DNA of 64,000 nt. Origin: Cycas panzhihuaensis (lineage: Eukaryota > Plantae > Cycadophyta). The notes under the pieces were generated by a model. That model had not been told where the DNA came from. It worked only from the letters and a program-made list of their open reading frames with translations, and did no database searches. Positions within the stretch are counted from its first letter, which is position 1; each line of letters opens with the position of its first letter. This document shows, piece after piece, positions 1-12,712 of the stretch. The stretch covers positions 70,687,741 through 70,751,740 of the forward strand of contig CM041465.1 of NCBI GenBank assembly GCA_023213395.1, in the 5' to 3' direction. A program made the position numbers and the translations under genes.

Positions 1-2369
1 CACTTTATCAGCCTATGACGACTCACAGCGGGGGCATTCCTTGGCGAATGCTATACTCTGTATGGCGCACAGCCACCCACGTTGTCTCCACGGTCTCCCG
101 GGATGTTTCCGTCAGTCCTGTTTGCTCCCGTTACAACATGTTACTTACATTGCAGTCCTTCCTAAGCTTGATTTAATCCTTAGTTAGGACTCTTTTCATT
201 ATTTTGGGCACTTGCCCATTACCTGGGTATTCCCCCAGCTACACCAGCTCTTTTTTTATCTTGATTTTTACTTCAAAACCTCATGTTTCTACTTCTTTTT
301 CTCTTTTTTTGTTTCCAGTCTAATCATCAGTAAACTTAGCTGCATCATGTCTTTGCTACAAGATCAGAGAGTTTATCACAGATTTGACTGTTTGAAATTG
401 AACAAAAGAGAACCACGCGACAATTTCCATTTTTTTTGTGGAACTGTTGTGTGGCGTCGATTGATTCGAGTCACCTTGACATCCCCAATGTTCACCTGCT
501 GTGAATAGGGGGATAAAGGGGATTTTGCTCCCCATTCTCAAGATCTTTTGGCCAAATTTCTGACTTTTCAACAAGAAAACACACAGAGAAAGACAATCTA
601 CATGCACAGGAACTTGACTCAGGAGAAAAGGGCTGCTACCAGTTGGATTTGCAGGGCCATTGCTGCCCCTCTGACTCTCACAAAGAAGCCTCATACTTCT
701 CTGCAAGGGCTCAAGTTTCCAAAGAACATTTCTACCCAAAAGCTTCTCCAAAGAGCCAACTTCCAAGGCTCTAAGTTTGCAAGGATTTTTCCTCATTTCA
801 CTCTTGCAAAAACCTGTCATGATCAGCCCTCACACATTAGTTATTGCTGTTGTTTCCTAACAGCAAAGCTCATGCTTGATTCTCTTCTTACAAGGTATTT
901 CTTGTTCCTACTTGCAATTCATTTTGTTCTTATTTTTTTGTCTGTTAATGAATGAAATCTTGGTTCGTCTAGTTTTCTTTATGTTGTTGCACTAAATTAG
1001 TGATATTCCCCCAATGTTCTTTTGGAGGCCTCACTATTTTCCTTAAACCATCTCTTTTACCCCTTCCTTGGTTAGCCGGTGCAAAGGAGCAAAATACAAG
1101 GATTTGAAGGAGGTAAGCAGGGTTCCGTCCCCCATTACTGTCCTTCTCCCCAAGGGTTCCGTCCCTTGTCCTCTTTCCCTTTGCCATTAGTGCTTTCTTA
1201 GGGAATGGGCTAAGGGAGTTTAGGGAATTTAGTTGTGGTATCCAAGTTAGCATAGGCAACCCGTCACTACGTCATTGCCAGAAGTCTCATCTGTTGGTGT
1301 TGGGCCCTACCTAAGCCCCAATTTTTTCTGTTATTCCTTTCCTTGTTATAGTTCGTTGCTTCATGACTTTGTGGCCAACTCGTTCCTCCTTCCCGAGTTC
1401 CGTGGAGGTCTTCCGTGGGTGAGTTAGCCATCCCGAGGCTATACTCTTTTCCCTTTCGAGTGTCTTTGTGGTGTATGGTGGTGAGAGTATTTCTTGTATG
1501 TTGCTATTTCATTTGGCTATATTTCGATGCTTAGCATAGATCTTAGTTCCATTTGATTTTAGTACATATATTTTGGTATATTTCGTGGCCTCTCTTCCAA
1601 AAGGAAGGTATTCTTCTCATTTATCTGCAGGATCGTGCGTTAGTGGAGCGATACGTGGAACAAACGCGTTGCAGGTTAGTTCCCCATGTAGTGCATTTCT
1701 TTTCTGTTTCACGCTTTTATTTCTTTTTTCCATTTATTCATTTTCACATGCTTAAGGGGAGGTAAGTAAGCCCCTCTTCTATCGCTTTTGGCAACTGCCA
1801 CCGATCGACATCGCATGCACGACGAACAGAGTAGAAAGGAGCGGGACTTAAAGAAATGAGCAGCACTCCATTCAGGCGCCGGATCCAGGTATTCTCCTTG
1901 TTTCCCATGTATCCCCTTTTACATTGCTACCTTTCATACATTTGCTTATGTAGTTAGGAAATTGTAAAATATTAAAAGGGAAAAAGGAAAAGTGCACTCA
2001 TTTTTACATTATCTCTTGCTTTAGCTAGCGTAGCATAGCGTAGTTAGCTTGTTTGCGTTGCATTCGAGTTACCCTTATTGCGCCCCCTTGTTGCATTTGC
2101 CTGTACGTTAGTTATCCGCTCTTTCGTTCGTTGCCTTCTCATTACCTTAAGGAGATGCAACGTGCAAGGTGCTCTCTCCTCTTTCTGGCCATTTGAGGGG
2201 TAGGAAGGCCTTGCTTTGCATGGCTACCTAGAAGCAACCAGGCACCTTACAGTTCTGAATCCTCTGGCACACAGACGCCCTGCGAGGTGAAGTCCTTGCT
2301 GCCTAGTTTAGTTAGCATTACATATTCTTATATCCTTTTTACTAGATGTAGGGACATCGCCCCGCAACG
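1..2369 (+). mobile_element. Probable 3' end of a Gypsy-like LTR retrotransposon (3' UTR plus a ~1.9 kb LTR at 445-2369)
   Basis: GC-richer non-coding block. TGTTGTGTGGCG at 445 is a 10/12 match to the reverse complement of CGCCCCGCAACA, the expected form of the CGCCCCGCAACG terminus at 2369. It is preceded by a T-run plus GTGGAAC (PPT-like). No protein domain is seen, so the superfamily is a guess. Confidence 0.4.
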
Positions 2370-3073
2370 AGCATTTCAGTTGAGATAAATGAGATAATGG
2401 TGATTCATATCTAATATATTAGATATGTGACAACAATATTTTGAAGGCTAAAATTTTGATAGGTTAGCAGTGCGGTTTCCTCTCTAAACTTCCTTGGGGG
2501 GTTCTAAGGGGGGCGAGAGCCCCCCTTGGCTGGGGGTGCGGGGGATGCTAGAACCCCCCTTGTAAAGAGAGGGTTCGGGAATGATAGACCCTGACCCAAA
2601 AAGCTATCACTGAAAAATATACTAAATTATAAAGAGAATCGAGGTTGTTTGCTCAAAATACCCTAGATTCTATGGTCAAGATTTGTGCTTTGTATGACTA
2701 TCTCATATAGCTTGATTTAGGGTGTTTTTTCATTATGTTGATGGTGTTTGATGTATTGGATGTATTGTGAAGAGTTGGGTAACTAGTTGTTGTTGCTGTG
2801 AGCATTTTACTATAGATTATGTATATTTCTCCATTCTTTGATAATAAAGATTGATACCTTTCCAGTGTGGATGTTTCCCTAGCACACTATTAGGGTTTTA
2901 CCACATTACATCGAGTGTATATGTGATACGTTAGTTTTTTAATTCATTTTATTATATTATCTCTAGTTTAAGAACTTTCATGTTAAATTTTAGTTTTGAT
3001 TCTTATAACTAGTTACAAAATTATTTAGATCTTGGTGACGAGTTCAGGTTATTGGGACCTTGTCTTCTCAACA
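2370..3073 (+). mobile_element. Truncated/solo LTR, same family as 47005-47673
   Basis: Ends ...TCTTCTCAACA. Colinear blocks are shared with 47220-47673 (ggctaaaattttga; cttccttgggg; gatgtttcccta; gttacaaaat..agatcttgg). G/C-run stem-loop at 2495-2560. Confidence 0.55.
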
Positions 3074-4549
3074 TAATAATGCACACTTTTCTATTGTGGA
3101 TAAATTTTAGTTAGCCCTAAAAGGAAGAGCAAACTACCCTCAACTAGTCCAACCACAATCATCTCAAAAGGAGGTTATAATCTACATCGATGTCAAGGAC
3201 TACAATGTCATTGAGGATAGTTTTATCCTCGAGGATAATGTCAGAGGCACTGATGCTCTTTGGGATCAAAGGTGATGACATGTTAGTTAGTGGGCAGGAT
3301 GTTAATTATATGGATGGGGGCTTCTTTATGCCTTAAGGTAAGATGTCCATCATGGAGTTCTCGCTAAAGGATAAATGAAGACAAATAGAGGTATAAAAGG
3401 AGAATTTCTTAAAATGATTTAAGTATTTATAAAAAAGGAATAATTGAAGGATGTAAGCCTTTGACAAGTTTTAATATTATCTAAATTACCTAAAGTTTAG
3501 ATGAATGTAATATATACAATCTCTAAGTGCATAGTTGTTAGGTAGTATCCTTTATACTTGTATATTCCTCATATGTGAGGGCAAGAAGTTTAATATTCCA
3601 ACTTTGTTACATTCACTCATCTTAAAGAATGTTGAGGCATGGGTTGCAATAGAAGGTAATTGAATAATTACTATTATACATCCTAATTTAATCCACCAAG
3701 TGATAGATTATTCTAGGAAAGGAAGAGAAGAAAATTAGATAGTAAAACTATGAAATAAAGCCAAATTATTATAGGAGGCTTCCTTAAATCATTATAAGAG
3801 GAAAATAAGAAGCAAGCTGGACAAATTACCAAGTTGTGACGAGAAGTAGAATACCTTAAATTAAAGTTAAGGGTAAACCAAATGGAGCAAAGGAGGCACA
3901 TAATTTGCTTAAAGACTAAGACAGCATGCTTGCATAGATTCAAAGAAAGAAGGCCAAGAAGATACAAGCCTTGATTTTGAAATTGGATGAAGAATTATAA
4001 GATTTGAAGAAGAAATTGGTAGTAAAACAAGAATTAGTAACATCTTCAGTCTCTAATGGAGATAGAGGGTATAAACTATAGCATTGAAATTGAGATCTTT
4101 CAGGACAAGTGGCCCCCCTATGAATAAGTCTTAGGATTCATTAGAAGGCATTTAGGAGATTTATGATGAGGATGACAAAGTTCTTTCAGTAGAGATGTTC
4201 CTTTGATGAGACTTTCAGGACCCAAAACAAGGTAAGTTAAATATTCTTTTAGGGAATATCCATATATAGTATTTGAGGTCAATTTAGGTTGTTAATGCAA
4301 TTATATGGTAAGGAACCATACAAAGGTAATTTTATTACATTTTCTAGATTAGAATTTATATTTTCATTTAGTAATTGTATTATATTTCTTTTTACCATTT
4401 GCAAGTCTATGTTCCTAGTTTGACACCACAAGTTCTAAGGTTTTCACTTAGAAAACCCATCACAAATATATGCAAAAGAATATTCAAATAATTGATAGAT
4501 ACTAAGAAAATCAAAATACAATATCATTTGTTTGATATTTATTAACCCA

Positions 4550-6130
4550 TCAGTGTTAGGCATTAATGACTTCAACCCCATCCATTCAAACCACTACCTC
4601 ATCATCGTGAAGCTTCAATGGATTCAACATCCTATATTAAGAAAAAAAATGCAGTAATCAAGAGAAAAAGTAGATAGGACAATGAGATATTATGAGACAA
4701 GGATCATGAAGAAGTAATTGTGTTATGATTTTAGAGAGGGTGAAGAAGTATAGTTAACATGGATGTAAGGATGATTCTTATATAAACAATATGAAAAGGA
4801 AGAACGTAGAGTTATTGGATAGTGTTTGGTAATGAAATAAAGTGGGGAGAAAGATGATGTAATAGAGTGCAATTTGTCTTTTTGATATATATTTGTATTC
4901 AAATGGATCTCAGATGCCATATTGGGTGTTCTTAAAGATGTTTTACCTGTGACTCCTATTAAATGATGGGTGAAATAGTTTTAGGCATGTTACATACTTT
5001 TATTATATTCCTTTATAACTTGTTGAGGTACAAAATAGCCACCATTCTTAGGCTTAATAAAATTTAGAAAAGCTTTTATGCAAGGGATGGGTGTAGAAAG
5101 AACATTCACTTTTGTGGAACATTAGCTCAACTGAGAAGAAACGAGCATTTTTATGGATCCCCGCATAGAATGGTTTGCTTTTAATGTTGAACCTTGTAAA
5201 AATTGTGATTCATATTGATCATTGATTATGCCTTTTATGGTGAGTAAGAAATTACAATACATCTATTTAAGACACAAAATACTAATTGTCAAATATGGTT
5301 TTGGATTTAGAATAATGTTTCTCCTTTTATTGCTCCTTTAGATTCTGAAATTATTTTCCTAATTGATTATCATATCTTTAATAAGGATTCTATCAAATAT
5401 TAGCATTTATATAGAATAAAATGTTTGTGGATAATTTAGAAATATATCAATGAATTAATGTTTGAGAGAAGTCATGAATTTAAATCATTCGATGATACTA
5501 TTAAAATTATCGCTCTACTACTTATATAGATGCATGTGGTAGTGTAAGCTCATATTGTTGAAACAAATATGTTAAAGTATCTCTTCTCCAATGTCAATTC
5601 TCTTATGGGTCATCCTATTGGTGGTGCAAATAAAGTGAGCAAAAATTACACCCTCTCTTAATATTTTCATGAAGTCATTAGCCATACTTCATTAAACATC
5701 TATCGTCTTATTTTAAAATTCAATAGAGGGACTCATTTTGCTCATTGTAATTCTTGATGAAGTTACATGGTCTAATACTTTGCCACGTTTGACTAACATT
5801 GCAAAATGTGCTAAATCTCCACAAGGATTAAAATGTACCGATTCAAGGTTTTGGTTTAGAGAAAATTAGTTGATATCCTCCCCATGCTACCAACATTAGC
5901 AAATTCGAATGGTTGTGGCTTTTTTAACACATTTGATTTTTCTCTTCTTTGTTGTGACATATTGAACTATTTACTGAAGCATAGTAAATTTGGTAAAATT
6001 TAAGTTGCCTTTGGTCATCCTTTTGGCATTTATTAGTTGTGTCTAATATAATTCAACCCATAAATAATGTTTAATATTTTGAAAGTTTTATATGCTTTGA
6101 AGAATTGCCACCAAACTTTTTAAGTGGTAT
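4550..6130 (-). mobile_element. Highly decayed hAT-like transposase remnant
   Basis: Broken minus-strand translation gives WWQFF near 6110 (BED-finger-like), VST..AY near 5560, P(K)EWW near 5045 (hAT dimerisation-like) and an acidic tail near 4600. Many stops; no TIRs identified. Confidence 0.35.
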
Positions 6131-6722
6131 TTTTGTAATTATTTTTTGTTAATATAATTTAAACTATTCCAAAATAATCTATAATGAAATATTCCAATGC
6201 AAATAAAAATGAACAAATAGAAAACAAAAATGGTTAGCTAAGTTCTTGCGCTACATTGAGTTTGAAAATATTAAATTATTACTATAAAAAACATTTCTTT
6301 CGAACTGTATCTTATATTGGAAGTTAAATTTGCACGACAATTACGTGTTTCGCAAAGTTGACCTATTCGGGTGTAATGAAGTGATTATATTTGATGTAAC
6401 TGTAATTTTATAGGTTTGCTCGTCAAACATCCAAAGTTTATCCCGCTCTATTCTATTGCCCGTTTTCTAAAACACGCTCAAAAAATGCTTTTTGACACGA
6501 TCCAAATTTTTTGACTTGGCCGAATCTTTGGGTGATGGCGTCCATACCTCTGAATCTAGTAATAGTTGTATTGACCAAAATGCAATAATCCCAAAAAAAT
6601 TGTGGAAATAAGCGCGTGAACGAAACGGTCATCGAATTTCTTTAATTTCATTTGAGGGAGAGTACTCTCCACTGGTTGAAGCAAAGAGCAAGGGCGCCTC
6701 TGGTGCAGCAGAGTAGGAAATG

Positions 6723-8859
6723 TCAAAGGGCGCTGGTGGATCCGTCAACAGCATCCCCATTTCCTTGCAACATCTGCACAACTCTGTTCATGGAGGGTCG
6801 ATCACTCGGTTTGGACTGAATACACCACAATCCCACTTTACTCATTCTTGTTGCTATTTCCTCATCTTCTGCTGATCCACATGATACTCCTCTCAACTTG
6901 CACAATTCTCCACCGTGCAGATGGCGGAAAATCCACTCGGGAAAGTAGAATTGGCTGTTAGAAATACCCAATCCCATATCCATGTTCTTCCTTCCGCCAA
7001 CCATCTCCAATAGCAGCATTCCAAAACTATAAACGTCGGACTTATCTGTTACAGGCCCAAAATTTCTGGACCACATCTCTGGTGCAGCGTAGCCAGGCGT
7101 TCCTCTGGCAGCGGTCATCGATATGTGATCGTTTGTCTTGCTGTAGAGTTTTGCCAGCCCAAAATCAGACACTTTGGGTGACAAATTCTCATCCAGCAGA
7201 ATGTTGTGGGGTTTGATATCCAAGTGAATGATACGCTTCTCGCAGTCCATGTGTAAATATGCAATCCCACGAGCTGCACCCAATGCAATCGAATGTAAAC
7301 GCACCCAGTTGAGTGTATGGCTTGTGTCCTCATAACCTGGAAATATGAACTTCTCCAGGGATCCGTTGGGCATATATTCGTACAGCAGTGCGGCTCGAGA
7401 GCCCTCAAAACAAAACCCCAACAGACGAACCAGGTGAACATGATGAATCCTGCCGATTGTACCCACTTCGTTCATGAATTGCTTCTTACCGTGTCTCGAT
7501 TGATCGAGAAGTTTTGCAGCCACCAGAGTCCCGTTCGAGAGCGCTCCTTTGTACACCACACCAAACCCTCCTTCCCCTAATTTATGCGAAAAGTTGTTGG
7601 TGATCCGCTTGAGTTGAGTGTATGAGTATCTGGTTGGCATCTCGTATGCGTAGTCTTCAAGGAATTTTTCTACCTTACAAACAGACATCCTCGAATTCAC
7701 CGGTTGCATTCCAATTACCTTAATAACGCGGGCAAGCCTCCTATTAGTTGGAGGTTTTCTCCTCCTAAGATAAAATGTTAGAATCAGTACTGCTACTGCG
7801 ATCACCGCAACACCCGCAACGCAGCTACCTGCGTCGTTGAAATGAACTACTTCAAACCTTCTGCCAAACCCAAAAGCCCTATGCAAATAAGAAAGACGGA
7901 TTCTGCCGTGCACAATTAAAATAAATCTAACTAATCTTTATACATTATCTTACCTATTACAGGAATAATTTTTGATCGATCTGTAACGCGTCCATCAGAA
8001 ATGTGAGCATCCGGTAAATTAAGATGATTCCACACAAGTTGTCAGTGGCATAGACATATATGCAAGAAACGTAGAACCTCAAATTAATAACCAAATCGAT
8101 CGATGTTTCGGGAACCTTACCATGGGAGCATTTCTTCCCATTCGAGCCGTCCTCGCAATAGCAAATAAATTCATCGCCGCTCGAAGTGTTATAACCGCAT
8201 GTTCCTCCGCTCGAATGGCATTCGTTACAATTTTGATTTTCATCAAAATTCAACATTACTTCAAATCCCCGTCGTAGCTGGGAAAGCAAATCGCTGGGCA
8301 AAGGGCTGATTAAACTCCTATTAATAGGCACTTGGCCATGTATTTTACACCCTGACTCACCCAAACCCTCCAATGGATCCAAAAAGTAGTACCAACTGCT
8401 GTTGCAAGACAATTTGGAAAATGAGGACCTGTTTGCTAGGGAATCGCAGAGGCTGAAAAAGGTTATGTTCTTGGCGTATTGATCAGAAATTATAAAGGCA
8501 GTGGTGTCCGAGAGGTCAATGAAATAATCCGATGGATTGCAATCTCCTTCGTTGGCCACATCCTTAACAATTGTAATGGGCCCAGGGGAAGGAAACCCCA
8601 ATTGTTTGGGCTGCAGTATGCTGTAGTTATTACCACCGATGGGGAGTAGCGGACGATTGTCGACACAATACACCTGAAATTGTCGGTCACCGCAGCCATA
8701 CTTCCCTATAACTCCAAAAGGATCTGAGATATTTGTATCGCCACAGGTGGTATTCTGGGGGCAATACTCGTAGGAAGAGTCTGCGTGGGAAATTGTGAGG
8801 GAGAGGGAGAGGGAGAGCGCGGAGAAGACGATAGAGAAGTGGATCGGCGGGCGAGACAT
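6723..8859 (-). CDS. LRK10L-type (rust resistance kinase Lr10-like) receptor-like Ser/Thr kinase with GUB_WAK/WAK-association ectodomain; exons 8859-8121, 7980-7954, 7828-6723; 623 aa as written
   Basis: ATG at 8859, signal peptide (MSRPPIHFSIVFSALSLSLSLTISHADS) and Cys-rich ectodomain (CGDTNISDPF, CG..QF...C, LRRGFEV, CNECHSSGGTCGY, FICYC). Two phase-1 GT-AG introns (8120-7981, 7953-7829) join in frame to a TM segment (VAGVAVIAVAVLILTFYL-RRRK) and a full kinase: PTRYSY, LGEGGFGVVYKG, VAAK, EVGTIGRIHHVHLVRLLG, HLDIKPHNILLD (non-RD), DFGLAK, GTPGYAAPE, DVYSFG, WCIQ..P..RPSM. Confidence 0.92.
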
Positions 8860-9028
8860 GGAGGGAGGTGGATGATAAACGAGAAGCTGTCTCTCAATCC
8901 GCAGAGGGGAGGGGAAGCAGAGTTGTTGTGAATCACAGTCACTCAAAACAAATATCGCAGAATAACGCGGAATGGGGTTATGCGAAAGTGCTGGGTAATG
9001 AAGTTTCGGGGGAGGACACAGAAGGGAG

Positions 9029-9106
9029 TGACGTGAGGGAGACGACGTTGAATTCCATGGTCATAAAACAATTGACCCCACGTTACGTGGGCGCGCCTTT
9101 GGTCAA
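9029..9106 (-). promoter_or_regulatory. Proximal promoter cluster: TGACG, two inverted W-boxes and an ACGT palindrome
   Basis: TGACG at 9029-9033, TTGACC at 9072-9077, CCCACGT-T-ACGTGGG, GGTCAA at 9101-9106. The cluster lies 170-250 bp upstream of the kinase ATG and is retained in the duplicate at ~31000-31080. Confidence 0.45.
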
Positions 9107-9643
9107 CCTTTTTTTTGTGTGTACGTATATTTTTTAATTTTTTATTAATAAGTAATTAGCGACAACCACTCATGTGATTGCTTTATTATTTTTTGGGTTT
9201 TTCAGTATGTATATATATTTTCTTGTAGGAGGGTGATTATAGGTGTAAAGAATTAATGTTTGTTCTTAGTCATAAATTGGTAGAATGAAATTAATTAAAA
9301 AATAAATGAAATATAAAAATAATTAATAATAGTAATTAAAATGAATAATTTATTTCATTTTGATTATAAATTAATTTAAAAAATTAATATTTATTATGTA
9401 TTTTTAATATTAATTATTTGTTATTATATATTTCTTATAAATTATATAATAGTAATTATTTAATATTTTTAATAATTATTTATTATTAATTATGTAGTAT
9501 AAAAATAATTAATAGGGTTTAATGTGATAATGGATTAACATGAGAATAGATAGAAATTATATATTCAACACTTAGAGTAGTTAACTAGTCAACTTTGTCT
9601 TGCTTTGATTTTTCCATCTTTTGGTATCTAGAACAACTCACTT

Positions 9644-10080
9644 TGTAACATAACCTCACATTCCCTTAGCAAGAGGAAATCACCAAGAAGTAAGGATGGA
9701 CCGCTAAGTCGTCCAATAAGATGTAAGGCTGCTAGGGCCACCAATAGAGTTATGTGTATAGACTGCTAAGTCGTCTAATAAGATGTAAGGCCGCTTAGGG
9801 CCACCAATAGAATCATTAAGGATGAAGACCCTTACTTGTGTATTTAAAGGGTTAAACTACTCATAATGTTATTGAGTATGATATCTTGAAAGGAGAAAGT
9901 ACTTCGGTACTCATTTTGGTGACTTATTTTCTGTGATCTGTTTGTGCATTCGTGTTATTTGGCTTCAATTTCTGCTAAATATAAATTCTACGAGCCCCGA
10001 TTGCTGAGAAGGAACGGTCCAAGTGGTATCGTAGTCGTTCGTGATCGTGGAAGTCCCTCAAATAGTGGGGCCTTAAAACA
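9644..10080 (+). mobile_element. LTR-like fragment starting TGTAAC, with an internal ~51 bp direct repeat and a PBS-like motif
   Basis: Begins exactly where homology to the 30-31.6 kb duplicate stops. Repeat units at 9699-9748 and 9761-9811. TGGTATCGTAGTC at ~10024 resembles a tRNA-iMet PBS. No TSD found. Confidence 0.4.
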
Positions 10081-10179
10081 TCACATCAAATTCTATGGGG
10101 AAGCTCGTAAACTATGGCAAGAGGAGCCCAAAACCAACCTCCTTCATTATATCCAGGTAATTTAATAGATATTTAACAA

Positions 10180-12712
10180 TAGTCATTGCTTGTAGGAGTT
10201 ATGCATCAAACTTAATGCTCTCAATGATGAATTCCTTTATCTTCAACAAATTGAGAAAGATAAATATAAGATTTGGGCTAACATTAACTAAAAGTTGAAT
10301 ATTGATTGAAATACTTTTTTTTTTTAATCACTTCTCAAAAGTTAGATATCAGTCACATTTTTTAAATTGTCTATAGTTGAAAAATAATTGGCTCAAGTTT
10401 GGACCACCCAAGGATCTTCCAAGTCTCTTTCTTCTATGACCAAAATATTTTTTTCTAATGTCTCTCCTTTTGATGCTAACTCCTTTTAAGCTCTGAATGC
10501 TTCCCTAAATTAGCCTGTCACTTCTACTAATGTTGTGAAAATAATGAAGAAGCTTCCTTTTGGAAAATCTCCTAGCCCTGATGGCATCTCGGTTGAATTA
10601 TTACTTTCCATTAATGGTTTAAAAGTTTCTCAGCTCCTTATAGTCATTGTTTAAAAGACCCATCATATTGGTTAACTATATCCTACAATTAATACTACCT
10701 TAGTTACGTTATTGCCCAAGACTCATCACCTTGTAACTTTAAATTAGTGGCAGCCTATTAGTCTTTGTAATACCTCATACAAAATTATTGCAAAGATACT
10801 TGTAGAATGTCTCAAAGTGGTTTTATCCCTTATGGTTAATAAAAATCAAATTGTTTTTGTCCATGGATATCAAATTATTGATGGTATCACCATAGTGGCT
10901 AAGGCTTTCCATTCCATAAGGACTCACAAGTAGGTAGCTTTAATTCTTAAACTTGACATGAATAAAGCATATGATATACTAGAATGGGACTATTTATTGG
11001 CTATGCTTTGAATCAAAGGTGTTGAATGAGATCATCTACTTCGGTTCAAGAGTTTACTCTCCATTGTCACTATGACTATTAAAATTAACAGTTCTATTAC
11101 TTGCTCTTTATCAATTAGTCATGGAATTTAACAAGGATGTCCTCTTTCTCCTTGTCTTTCTAGCTTAGTAGTGGAAGGGTTTTGTTCTCTCCTCAATTGG
11201 CTACAAAGTGTTCTACTCCATATCTCTATTGTTATAGACTCTATTGTTGTTAAATACATAGGTGTGCTTATTGGGCTTCAACAATTTAAGATATTTGATT
11301 GGTATCCTTATATCCTTAAGATGAAATCCAAACGTGAGGCTTGACCTATCTGATAACTAAAGTTGGCAAGGTAATAGAGTCTCATTTAGTCTACACTCTC
11401 TTGAATGTTGAATTATTTTATGTCTCTTTTAAAGGCCCCAAAAGTAATCTTGACTTCTGTGCAAGGGATGTTCTCTCATTTTCTTTAGAAACCATGGTCA
11501 AAAGAATCATGGTTTTATCAATCAGTGAGATGAAGCACATTTATTAGACATAAAGCTTGGGGTGGCCTCATCATTAGGGATTATTTCCTTATGGAAGAGG
11601 TTCATGGTGCTAAATGCTTTTAAGACTTTTGGACACGTGAAGAGGATAAGTAAGCCTGCATTATTTGTAAGAAACAATGCAACTCATTAAATATAAAGTG
11701 CAACTTGTTTACTCTCGTCCTATTTTAAAAGGCTCAAATATATGGAACCTTATTTTTAAGGCCTAGGATTATATGTAATTCAATACTCTTATGTCTTTTG
11801 GAATTGATAGTAACTTCCTCTTTGCATATAATCCTTTGCTTAATGCAATGCCTTCGAGCCTCTCTTTGAGTATTGTTCTAATCATAATCTCACTCATGTA
11901 TCCCATTTTTATGATTTTCAAAATAAAAAACGGCATGATATTCATCCTTTGATAATGAATGATGATGAGATGGTGGATCTTAATCTTCTTTAGGTTATTG
12001 ATCAATTGTCCTTCAAGTTACAATTGGTAGAGCCTCTGGTTGGCATTATGAAGTTGGAATGAGAGAAAGGTCTTTGCTTTTTATCTTAGGCAAAGTATTT
12101 TACTATTTGCATTGGCATAAAATAAGGCATGTTCAAATTGACACAAATTTGGATTGAATTTGATGGAATAAAACTTAATCTAAACATAATGCTACTCATA
12201 TGCATCACAAGGTGTTCATTCATGAGGATACTTAAGAATCGTGGTATATTCATAGGGTTTACCAGTGCCTAGTTTGCAAAACATTATAGGCCAAGCTTAT
12301 GAAAAATTTTAACCTTGATTTGGGTTTTACTGCCTATAATTGGTCATGTTCAACTTGCTTAATTTATTGTTAACTATACTTGGTCTTTTCTGTACATATA
12401 GTTTGATAATAGATGCCATCTAGTGGATCTTTGGTTCATTATCTTTAAAACTGTTCTTTATGAGATTTGGAGTATTCAAAATATGGCACATTTTAAAGTC
12501 ATTATTCCAACCTTCAAGTATGCTTTGCTCCATATTTGGAAGGAGATTCAATTATGGCTTCAATACTCTCCTTACTTTTCCTCCCTCTCAATTCCTCTTA
12601 TTACTATTTTTAATGTTTTCAATTTAAAGGACTAGATGTTGGCCTATTGATAACTATGTAATTTTTTTCTTAATTTAATATAAAGTAGCTCTTTATTTTA
12701 CCTTAAAAAAAA
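10180..12712 (+). mobile_element. 5'-truncated, decayed L1-type LINE (ORF2 reverse transcriptase)
   Basis: GKSPSPDG, (W)QPISLCNTSYKIIAKIL, NQIVFVHG, KLDMNKAYD.LEW, QGCPLSP, KYIG, GGL. Ends in an A-tract at 12705-12712. Many stops. Confidence 0.85.

Noticed and set aside
212-1765. Overlapping 60-154 aa ORFs
   Set aside because: No domains or motifs; chance ORFs in LTR-like DNA.
3700-4060. Coiled-coil-like broken reading frame
   Set aside because: Multiple stops and no assignable family; probably TE-derived, but I cannot support a call.
7957-8946. 329 aa ORF and the adjacent 396 aa ORF as two separate genes
   Set aside because: They are exons of one spliced gene. The listed starts are non-ATG and the ORF ends run into introns.
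9644-10080. Cassandra TRIM with a 5S rRNA segment
   Set aside because: No recognisable 5S A/C-box sequence and no second LTR.
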